From: Vitrella brassicaformis CCMP3155
Taxonomy: Eukaryota; Protista; Chromerida
Assembly (NCBI GenBank): GCA_001179505.1
Contig: CDMY01000805.1
Span: 1-18,859, forward strand
Length of the DNA: 18,859 bases
Direction of reading: 5' to 3'
Positions 1 through 10,009 of the stretch are shown here, in pieces. The position numbers and the translations under genes are program-made. The notes under the pieces were generated by a model. It searched no databases. It was given only the letters and a program-made list of their open reading frames with translations, and had not been told where the DNA came from. Each line of letters opens with the position of its first letter. Position 1 is the stretch's first letter.

Positions 1-80
1 CACACTTCCAGTCATCTGAGCCGAGCGCCTTCATCAGGGCCACAGACAGGGGCGAAGGGCATCGTGAGCACTTCGCAACA

Positions 81-2311
81 GCCATCAAGGTACACGAAAA
101 TGAAATCGGCCTTATGGACACCGTGTCGCGCGCCATTGCCGCTTTGTGTCGATCAGAGTTGTTTTGCATTCGATCCGGCCGATCGCCCGACAGCGAAAGA
201 GGTATTCGACATACGATTGGGATAAGCGTCCGCCATGTCAGTTTGCCGCATCTGACTCACCCGCAGGTGCTCGCGAAGCTCGGCATTTCATCGAGTCAGT
301 CAACAGTAAAAAGGACAGCCCATTGCCGTGGCGAGTCTTTGAATGCATGCAGGTGCGGCGCCGGCCGTCCCCCCTGCCCCCGTGAGTCCCGCTGACGTGT
401 CGCCCATCAGCCCCACATCGGGTGTGCACACCAGCATGGCCAGCACCACAACGGGGCTGCCCAGCACGGTCTCTCCGGCACAGATCAAGCCTGTGGTCCC
501 GTCAAAGCAAACAGGTCGGTATATGAGGCAGTGGCAGAGAGATTCCACTTGATCTGCGTGTATTGTAGCGTCCCCTGGTCAGCCTAACGCACCAGCCAAG
601 TCACCTCCAAATGCACCACAGCCACAGCGACAAACCAAATCCGTGAGAGAGCCGTTGCCAGACAACGGATTCCTATCAATGGCAAACATTTCTCTTTCGC
701 TGTTGCATGTCAGGCGGACACCGTCCTGACGACGAAGAAGATCAAACGGGTAGTACCGAAAGAACACTGATCGTTCACGCCTCACACAGTCGCTTGTATG
801 TGATGTATACTGTGTGTTGAAGAGGAACATTTATTCTGCGGTGAGAGCTGGTGACGTCACGTCTGTTGCTCAGCTAATCAAGCTGCGCGGACCGAGCATC
901 CTCGACAACGAAGAAGTCACGTGCTTCTGCTGCATAGTGACGCACTTCCGACTTGCACGCGCAGCAGAGACACTCAACTTGTATTTTTTCTGCTGCAGGG
1001 TGGCACTCCCTTCACCGAGGCTGCAAAAAGGGGTCACGTGGGCATCATGTCGGTAATGTGTGAGAGCAATCCTGACGTACTGCAGCAATTGACCAAGGTA
1101 CCGACACAGACAAGGCAGCCTATTTGCTGCTGCTGAAGAACTGTATGTCGGATGTGATGGAATGCAACTTGGTGGTTTGAATGCCCTGCACTTGGCTGCC
1201 CTCCAGGACCGTGTTGCGGCTGTCAATCAGCTGCTGGAGTGGAACCCCAAATCGCTCGATGCACGCAACGAGGTAATAGAGTACACACACGCGCGTACGT
1301 GTGTGTGTGTGTGTGTGTGTGTGTTGATCGCAGCGGGGCTTCACGCCATTCATCAAGGCTGCCTACGATGGTAATGTCGATGTGATGACGGTTCTGCATG
1401 CCAAAGGAGGGGAAAAGCTTCTCACTCAGACGGACAATGTGAGACCTCGTGCGGGCGAAACAGAAACAAAGTGCCTCTCATCTGATTGATTGCCTTTCTC
1501 TGTTTGCATTTTGCATGACACACACAGGACGAAGACACGGCACTCCACTGGGCTGCATATTATGGCAGATCTGCAGCTGTGTCTCAGCTGTGAGCGACAC
1601 AGATGACTGACTTACGCGAGTGTCTCATCCACACTGTCTCTCTGTCTGTCTGTGTGTCATTCTCAAAGGCTTGAGTGGGGCGGCAGTGCTCTGCTCGATA
1701 TCAGAGACAAAATTGTGAGTGCACACAGACATTCACACCATCGATGGGCCGAGTCATGTGCTCATCTCATCTCATGACGACAGGACGACACGCCATTCTT
1801 CATGGCTGCCAAGGGGGGTAATGTCGATGTGCTGAAGGCCATGTATGCCAAAGGAGAAGAAAAGCTTCTCACCCAGAAGGACTATGTGAGACCTCACACG
1901 CGAAACAACACACAATGCCTCTCGGTTGTGTGATTGCCTTTCTTTTGTTTGCATGACACACACAGGGCGGATACACGGCACTCCACTGGGCTGCGAAGTA
2001 CTGTCAATCTGCGGCTGTGTCTCAGCTGTGAGCGACACAGACGAATGACTGACGCGAGTGTCTCACACTCTCTCTCTTTGACTGTGTGTTATTCTCAAAG
2101 GCTCGAGTGGGGCGGCGGTGCTCTGCTCAACATCAAAACCACCAGGGTGAGTGCACACAGACATTCACACCATCGACGATGAGCCGAGTCATGTGCTCAT
2201 CTCATCTCATGACTACAGTACGAGGGCGAGAGGACGCCGTGGGACATGCCGCCGGACCGGAAACCGAAGAAAAGAGACGAGATCAGAGAGATCATGAAGA
2301 AGTACAAGTGA
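81..2311 (+). CDS. Ankyrin-repeat gene copy carrying only the last kinase subdomain (XI), a Pro/Ser linker and about 7 ANK repeats plus cap; 5' end not homologous to the kinase gene; possibly a pseudogene or silent cassette
   Basis: Exons: ..89, 157-201 (SCFAFDPADRPTAKE), 267-294, 353-514, 569-642, 714-749, 823-915, 999-1097 (GGTPFTEAAKRGHV), 1168-1272 (acceptor is CAA, not CAG), 1334-1438, 1528-1589, 1669-1714, 1784-1885, 1966-2027, 2101-2146, 2219-2311 (stop TGA). ANK motifs TPF/TALH-x-AA-xx-G-H/N are present and splice phases are frame-consistent. Confidence 0.8.
1334..2218 (+). repeat. Tandem duplication of a 3-exon/3-intron unit (about 450 and 435 bp), each unit encoding two ANK repeats
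   Basis: 1334-1783 and 1784-2218 repeat the same exon order (TPF-type exon, TALH-type exon, LEWGG exon) with near-identical introns, e.g. GTGAGTGCACACAGACATTCACACCATCG at 1715 and 2147. The right arm has only one unit. Confidence 0.9.
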
Positions 2312-3029
2312 TAGTCACTCTGTGGTGATGGCTGTGGTCTTATTTCTTCGTGTGTGGAGTGCGTAAAGCCCTTGTGTCTCTCGTGCGTGTGTGTGCAAGT
2401 GCTCTCTGATAGTCTGTGTGCGACTGGATGGTCGACTTGCTGAGTGCTCTCTGATGTGCTCATCGGTCAATTGAGCTCCGACGGGGCGGACAGAGGCGCG
2501 GGATCCTTTGACACAAAAAAGGCCTCGCCTTCTTCGGCACGGATCTCACCCCCTGGCAGCGCCTACCTCTCTGCGTGTTGAGTGAGTGAGGGGGGCGTCT
2601 GGTGCACTCTCTCCTTTGGTCGGGTGTGGTGTACTGCTGGTGGTCGTCCGTCTGTCTGTCTGTCTCTATCGAGTGGATGTGTCGAATCAACAGCTGTGGG
2701 CACACAGTTAGTTAGAGGTGCGCATGTTGCTCAACGCATGGACGTCCAACAAAGACAGACAGACAGAGAAAAGCCACGGACGAAGGCACTCATCCATCCA
2801 GCCACCCATTCAGTCATTCACGCATTAAAACTCACAGGCAGACACACACAGACACACACAGAGAAGACAAGACGAACCGAAACAAAACACCCGTTTTGTA
2901 CGTCTGCCTTGCTCACGCACCAATCAATCAGTCGACTGTCCTTTTCTCGTCGGACTGGAGGAAGGGACCATCACTCACACCCACAGACAGCATCCACACA
3001 CCACACACGCTGGCTGCCGGTGTGTGTCA

Positions 3030-3212
3030 TTATCCGGCTGCGTGTGTGCCGCCGAAAGTCTGCTGCTGGGGGTGCAGTGGGGAGGCCTCGGGCGATGGGT
3101 GGGGGGACGGCAGGTGGGGAGCCGCCGGGTGCAGTGTCTGCTGTGCGGTGGGGGAGGGTGTGTGGCCAGCTGCTGTGGCTCCCTGGTGGTGCTGTTTGGC
3201 GCTTTGGACGGC
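3030..3212 (-). pseudogene. Duplicated fragment of the importin-5 last exon (C-terminal 61 codons plus stop)
   Basis: [12 protein letters not shown]...GGTHAAG* matches 12899-13084 at 58/61 aa, with 6 nt differences in 186 by hand count. No upstream importin sequence is present. Confidence 0.9.
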
Positions 3213-3389
3213 GATGAGGTCAGAAAAAGGCACCCGCCCCATTCCGCCCACACACGCACACAAACAGACAGCAGCGTCCCACCGCCGAGCAAAACGGGTC
3301 TGCTCGACGCTTCGCTTCATTAGCTGGCACACACCCATGTCTGTCTGTCTGTCTGCCTGTCTGCTGTGTCACGATCGCTTCAATTTAGC

Positions 3390-3689
3390 NNNNNNNNNNN
3401 NNNNNNNNNNNNNNNNNNNNNNNNNNNNNNNNNNNNNNNNNNNNNNNNNNNNNNNNNNNNNNNNNNNNNNNNNNNNNNNNNNNNNNNNNNNNNNNNNNNN
3501 NNNNNNNNNNNNNNNNNNNNNNNNNNNNNNNNNNNNNNNNNNNNNNNNNNNNNNNNNNNNNNNNNNNNNNNNNNNNNNNNNNNNNNNNNNNNNNNNNNNN
3601 NNNNNNNNNNNNNNNNNNNNNNNNNNNNNNNNNNNNNNNNNNNNNNNNNNNNNNNNNNNNNNNNNNNNNNNNNNNNNNNNNNNNNNNNN
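3390..3689. other. Assembly gap (300 N), followed by a 19-nt poly-C run (3690-3708)
   Basis: Directly visible. The homopolymer is a plausible cause of the contig break. Confidence 1.
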
Positions 3690-3814
3690 CCCCCCCCCCC
3701 CCCCCCCCACACACACATTTTTCTTTTCACAGACAAAGTAAGGCCGGCAGTGTTACTGGCACATGCAGAGATATGACGGCTGCTTATCTTGTCATTGTCG
3801 TGGCTCTTGTCGTG

Positions 3815-5919
3815 TCATCGTACCGCCTTGTGGAGTGTCCGCGGCCGTCTCGGCACCTTGTCAAAAGCCATGAGCTCCTCGACGGGCCGCGAGGCGTCCA
3901 CGACAAAGTCAGCCTCAGCAGCGAGAGCGGCATCAATCGTCTCCACCACCTGCACAGTACACACAATAAAGGCACACAGAGAGAGACAAGTGGATATAGA
4001 CACAGCCGAGACACACAGGAACAAGACACCCACTGACTTGGTGTGCCTCTCTGAGTGCGGTGTTGAGGGCGGCTTCCTGCTCGGGCAAATGATGCTGACA
4101 CACAACACACCACGGCACACCATGAGAGGAAAGCAGAGCAGAGCATGAGCGCATTGCCTCTCTCTCTCTCTCTCTGTGTCTGTCTGTCTGTCTGTCTGTG
4201 TGAGGATGTGGTTACCCGTGTAGCGTCAGCCACCTGCACGAGCAGAGTTTTGAGGAGGGCATTCTCCCGCTTCAGTTCAACACCCTCGGCCAACGCGTCC
4301 TTGTACCTTAACATGAGGACATGCACCCACGTGTCTGCGCCATCCACGTGCTGTGTGTGCATTGATCTCACTTGGTGTGATATTCCCGCAGGTAGGCTAT
4401 CTGCTGATCCTTCTCATAAAGCCTTTAGACACACAGAGAGGTATCACATAACAAACAAGCCACACACAGCAGACAGAGAGACTTACTTGGTCATGAAGTT
4501 TGTCACAGTCTGCCTTCCGGTGTCGATGCGCGAGGCGGCCTGCGCCACACTCTCCTCCAGCACCACCGTCCTCAACCGCAGCGCCGCCTCGCTGTCCTCC
4601 TTCTCCTTGGCCAACGCCGCCAAGTCATCCTGAGTGGCCGCCAGCTGATCCTCGATAGTCTTCTTGACGCTCTCAAGCTGAACTGAATGATGACATCAAC
4701 CACAGACAGAGGGATGGTGCGTGTGGCGTGGGGGTGGGGAGGGGAGTACCCATTTCCTGCAGGAGCCGTTGTCTCTCGTTGGTGAAGGTGCCGGCGCACT
4801 CCTCACCCTGTTCGTGCTTCCGCTGCGTGCACAGGCCCAGACGCCACACACACAGACACACACACAAACACACAGACACATACACACATAAGTGATGACT
4901 CACATCAATGCCTCCAGGTGTCCGCCTGCCCACGGTGAGTGTGTCTTTGAAGAGCTTGAGGTCGCTCTGGAGGTGCTCAACGTTTTCCCTCTCTGACTGT
5001 ATCTCCTCTATCAGCCGCTGCAGCGTCTCGGACGCCTTGTCGAACAAATCATTGTCCTTGAGCTTCTTCGCCGACTCATTGCGCACCTGCACGCAACACA
5101 GCGGGGGAGGAAAGAAACGCGGCTGCATCTTTCTGCTGGTTTGCTCCTCGTTTGTCTGTGTCTCTGTCTCTGAGCGCGTGTGTCTTGTGCCACATTCACA
5201 CCCATCCAATCACACCCATCCGAATATAAACGTCCTCATAGACTTACAGTGAAGAAGTCGTCTTTGAGGAAGTCGAGCACCACTCTGAGAGTGGTCATGA
5301 GCCGCAGCTTCGAGGGGGCCTTCTCCAACTCCTTGAGCTCGTTGGGCTGCCACTTGCGCAGCGAAAAGGCCTCGCCGCTTTTGCCCTCCTCGGCCAATAT
5401 GAAAGCCAACATCTCCAAAAACTACAAAAAAACACATGGACGGACACACATTATGCTGCCGGCTCTCTCTCTGTGTGTGTGTGTCTGTGCTGGCACTGCC
5501 TGGCAGTGAGTGTCGCTGCATGGGATGGCTGAGTGACTGACCTCTTCCAGGTTGTGTAGGCCGCTCTTGTCGTCGTCAAACCGGTCAAACAGCTCCTGCA
5601 CCTCGTCCTTCTTTCGAAAGAGGCCAATGGCCCGCATCAGCGTCCCCAACTCGTCCATGTCGAGCAGTCCATTGCCGTCCTGGTCAAACACCACAAACAG
5701 CGCCGCCACCTCCTCCAGCTTCTTGCTCCTGTCGACATCCAGCCCCGTGCGCAGGGCTGTCTGGATGGCCAGCTCTCGTGCCTTGGTGTAGGTCTCCGTC
5801 TCGGCGCGCTTCTTCTTCTTGCCGGTCTTCCTCCCGGGGCTCGACGGCTCTGCCAATGCCTCCGACGGCGGCTGTGCTGCTGAGTCGGGTGGGTGGTGGG
5901 GCTCAGCAGAAGATGCCAT
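3815..5919 (-). CDS. Calmodulin-like EF-hand pair plus long coiled-coil protein, about 429 aa, 9 exons
   Basis: Exons 5919-5542, 5421-5248, 5086-4934, 4822-4750, 4682-4487, 4422-4372, 4306-4234, 4094-4038, 3949-3815 (1290 nt, all GT-AG, phases consistent). EF loops are DQDGNGLLDMDE and DDDKSGLHNLEE in a CaM-like context (ELGTLMRAIG...EEFLEML), followed by E/K/L/A/Q-rich heptad-like sequence. The exact 3' end is uncertain because of possible donors at 3822 or earlier. Confidence 0.85.
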
Positions 5920-6127
5920 CAGGACGGATGGATGGATGATTTTCTCACAGCCTTTCGAGTGAACTGCAAACACTGTCGGCCTTTGTTGCGGAACTCTGCG
6001 GCGGGAGGAAAAGCGCGCTCCACCTGATGCGCGCTTGACGATTGCGAGCTTGTCAATCTTCGTGTGAATGAGATCTGCCCCTCTGTGTGGAAGCGTTGTA
6101 TGAGGGAGAGCTTGTGAGATCAATAAG
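5920..6127. promoter_or_regulatory. Putative bidirectional promoter (208 bp) between the EF-hand gene and importin-5
   Basis: Divergent ATGs at 5919(-) and 6128(+). Contains the inverted repeat AAGCGCGC-N10-GCGCGCTT at 6011-6036. Confidence 0.65.
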
Positions 6128-7074
6128 ATGGACTTGCACCAGTTCTGTCAGCTGCTGGACGCCTTCCAGTCGCCCGAAAATGCCATCAGATCCCAGGTGG
6201 GTCAGGCAGTCAGGGAGGGAGGGAAGCGCACACTCTCTCACACACAAAGGCACACAGACACACAGACACACAGACATGCAGAAAAAGAGAGAGATCACTC
6301 CCTCTGTCCGCTGACAGAAAGAGACCATGCCATGTGTGTGGATCTCATTATTCATGTGTCTGTAGGCCGAGAGTGCCTTCGAGTCGCTCAAGCAGCAGGA
6401 CCCCAACGGCACCATCACTCTGCTGCTGACGGTGCTGCGCACCCACACCGACCCCAACAAGCGGCGCGACGCCTGCATCTACCTCCGGACCACACTGCGG
6501 GAGTTCTGGATGGGCAAGGAGACCAACAACATCTGGAACCGCCTCTCGCCCCACACACAGGAGGCCGTCAAGACCGCCCTCGTCGACAGCATCGAGGCAG
6601 AAAACTCGACCCTCGTCATGGTCAGCATTGTGGGCTTTGTTTGTCTTTCGATGGTGGATGCGATTATGTGTGCCTTTCAGGACCAGATATGCGACACTGT
6701 TGGCAAGATGGCGGGCCAGCTGACGGGTGACGAAGAGAAGGGCTGGCTGCCGCTGACCGAGGAGCTGTTCTCACTCGTCCAGAGTGAGGATGCCGACAAG
6801 CGCACGGCGGGGCTCAAAGTGCTCAAGGAGTGTGTGGTAGGCTTGCAGGACCACAAGCATACCCACAAACCCCATTTTGCTTGTCGTTGGTTTGGCTGTG
6901 TTGTGTTTCGTGTGGTTGTGTGCAGGACCACTTGCCCAAGACGCTTGTGCAGCACCAGGACGCTTTGGCGCAGGTCATCAGCCAATCCATCATGAACACA
7001 CACTCCTTCTCAGTCAGGTACGCGACGGCACGGGGGATGGGGGGTGTGAAAAGGGGCATCCATACGACCGTCCA

Positions 7075-7114
<40 letters not shown>

Positions 7115-8827
7115 TGTGTGACAGGTTTGAGAGCATCGGGTTGATTCGTGCAGTGGTCGACAGTCTGGATCGCCCCGTCTGGAAGAAACTGCAGGGCAGG
7201 TACACAAAGGAGGCAAACAAAGAGGGAGGGAGGGAGGGAGGCACATCCGTTGACGTGTGTGTGTGGATCGTCGTGTGTGGCTGGGTGCGGTGCAGTTTGC
7301 CTCACATCATGGCCTCCCTGGGTAGGGCACACACACATACACACAGATAAATGTCACGAGTGGCGCGATCATTCGGTCGATCCGCCCACCTGTTTTAGGT
7401 ATGATGCTTCAGGACCAGAAGAAGCACCTGGACCACGCCAAGTGAGCACAGACAGACAGACAGACAGACGCACACACAGATGTATTCCTTGCGTGTGTGT
7501 GTGTTTAGGGAGGTGATTGAGGACATGATAACGATGGCTGAGAGCGAGGCGCTCTTCTTCAAGCCGCACCTTCCCGGCATCGTCACACAAATGCTCACAT
7601 ACATACGGTGGGTATGCCTGTCTGTCTGTCTGTCTGTCTGTTGGGAACCCCACACGAAATGTTTGTTTGTTTATGTGATCCCCTCCCTCTCTCTGTGGTG
7701 TGTGTTGCATCTCAGCACCTCCACATACGAAGATGACATCAGGTGTGCACAGGCGGAGCTTAGAAGGGAAAACACACGCAGACACAGTGCGTGTTTGTGA
7801 ATGTGGCTGCATATCTCTCTCTGTGCGTGTGTGTCCGCACACAGGCAGCTCGCCGTGGAGTTTCTGCTCACACTCGCCCAGCAGAGACCAAAAGCGTAAG
7901 CAGTGAGCACTCTCCCACACGAAACACGTCCCCCCCCTCTCCCCCTCCCACTTGTGTGTTGTGGTATTTATGTGTGTGTCAGGATGGGCAAGGTGCCTCA
8001 CTTTGTGGACCACTTCGTCCCGGCCTGCATGGAGCTGATGCTCGAGGTGGAGGACGACCCCGAGTGGCAACAAAATGACGACGACGACGACGAGGTGCGT
8101 CAGACACCCACACATCTGCGACGGACGGATGGATTGATGGATGGACGGATGTGTGTGTGTGTCTGTGTGTGTTAAGGATACGACGAACTACGACGTGGGT
8201 GAGGAGGCGCTGGACCGCATTGCCAACAACATGGGCGCCGAAGACGTACTCCCCCATGTCTTCAGGTCAGCCAGTGCAGCCATCCCATCCGCACACTCAC
8301 ACAGGGATGCATCCTTGCGTCTGAGCATCTGTGTGTGGATCACTGTGTGGGTGCAGAAACGCGAGCGTCTTTCTGGAGCAGGTAACACAACACGCACAGA
8401 CACACGAAGGCGTACGACGTCCCACTGTGGTCCCTCCCCTATCAGGGTTCCAAGCACAACAGTTGGAAGCACAAGTTGGTGGCCATCATGAGCATCTCGC
8501 AGGTGGCTGAGTACATCGACGAGGACGAGCTCGACAGCTACCTGCCCAAAATCATCCACGTCCTACTCACCGTAAGCAGCAACCATGGCTGCGTGACAGA
8601 CAGACAGACAGACGGACAGACAGCTATACGCCATGGATGGATCGCTGAGTCGATGGATAGATGGCACCAATACGCAACACTTATACGATACGTATATATA
8701 TGTGTATACTTAAATCTAAGATGTATACGTACATATACACATATACACATATGTGTACACATACATATACATTATACATACATACAAATATGTATACATA
8801 CAGACATTTGTATATATCTCTCTGTCC

Positions 8828-8862
<35 letters not shown>

Positions 8863-9978
8863 TGTGTGTGTCCATAAAGAATGTTGAGGACGTCCACCCC
8901 CGTGTGCGTTTTGCGGCGCTGCACGCGATAGGACAGGTGTCGCTCGACCACAACCCTCACGTGCAGGACAACCACGCCGAACAGGTGCCTATGTCGATAG
9001 ATAGACAGACGGATGGATGGGTGGATGCACCGGCCGATGTGTGTGTATGTCTGTCAGATTCTGCCTGCGATCGTCAAGGCGCTCAACGACCCAGAGCCTA
9101 AGGTGGGTGGGGATGTATTCCACAGACAGACAGACAGACAGATACATGGGTGGACGGACGCACAGATGAACACATGAGAATGTTCGTCTGTGTGCACGTA
9201 CACATACGTAGGTCTGTGGTCATGCAGCGGCCGCATTTGTCAACTTCGGTGAGTCAACGACACACAGAGATGATGGATGCAATGCACACGCCATGACAGA
9301 CACGCATCCATTTGTGTGTGTGCATTGTATTGTGTGTCTGTCTTTGTGTGGAATAGGTGAGGATGTGGACGAGGCCACACTGCTGCCGCATGTGGACCCT
9401 CTCATGAACCGCCTCTATGCACTCCTCGCCGCATCCGGACAACACCAAAGTGAGTGCGTCAGGAGGGCTACAGGCCACACACTGACACCCAGAGGCACAT
9501 GTATTTTGTGTGTGTATGTGTGTATGTGTGCCTGTAGTTCGTTCGATCAAGGACCACAGTGTGACGGCGATAGCGGTCGTGGCTGGGGTGGTGGAGCAGC
9601 ACTTCATCAAGTTCTACACACACATCATCCCGCTACTCAAGACCATCCTCGCGTACCCACGCAGCCCACACAATCCATCCATCCATCCACCCATGTGTGT
9701 GTGTGTGTGTGGGTCCTCGTGTGATACATTGCAGTCAGTGCACCTCCAAGGATGATCGTCGACTGCGTGGCAAAGCGTACGAGTGCATCTCACTCATCGG
9801 ACTCGCAGTTGGTACGTCCGGACACACACTCATACCCTCTCCATCCATCCATCCGTCCATCCATCCATCCATCCGTCCATCCATCCATCCATGTGTGCAT
9901 GTGTCTGTGTGCAGGCCGCGACACGTTCCGCAATGACGCCAAGGAGGTCATGCAGAGCATGATAACCGTCTATGGGGT

Positions 9979-10009
<31 letters not shown>

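Larger units (their letters stand above)
81..3214 (+). repeat. Left arm of a large inverted duplication (partner 12898-15571)
   Basis: Homology starts at GCCATCAAG (81-89 = revcomp of 15563-15571). It ends at ATCGCCGTCCAAAGC on the minus strand near 3212 (= ATAGCCGTCCAGAGC at 12899). ORF-track pairs mirror each other, e.g. 114-395(+)/15101-15538(-), 814-1056(+)/14656-14859(-) and 3030-3338(-)/12551-13084(+). Confidence 0.95.

Noticed and set aside
114-395. ORFs MDTVSRAIAAL... and the partner 15101-15538 as stand-alone genes
   Set aside because: They start inside an intron and cross exons in mixed frames. The spliced model recovers kinase subdomain XI (CFAFDPADRPTAKEVL).
81-3214. Left arm as merely an uncollapsed allele of the right arm
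   Set aside because: Distinct junctions at both ends, a 27/99-nt diverged exon, an extra tandem unit and an intron difference exceed ordinary allelic variation. Its placement across the gap still needs long-read confirmation.
2582-3338. Long overlapping ORFs (2582-3217, 2896-3741, and 12391-13227 on the other arm)
   Set aside because: They are antisense or off-frame reads of the GC-rich importin tail plus microsatellite-rich flank, which are naturally poor in stop codons.
3366-3776. ORFs spanning the N run with poly-Pro/poly-Gly
   Set aside because: They are artefacts of Ns and the poly-C run.
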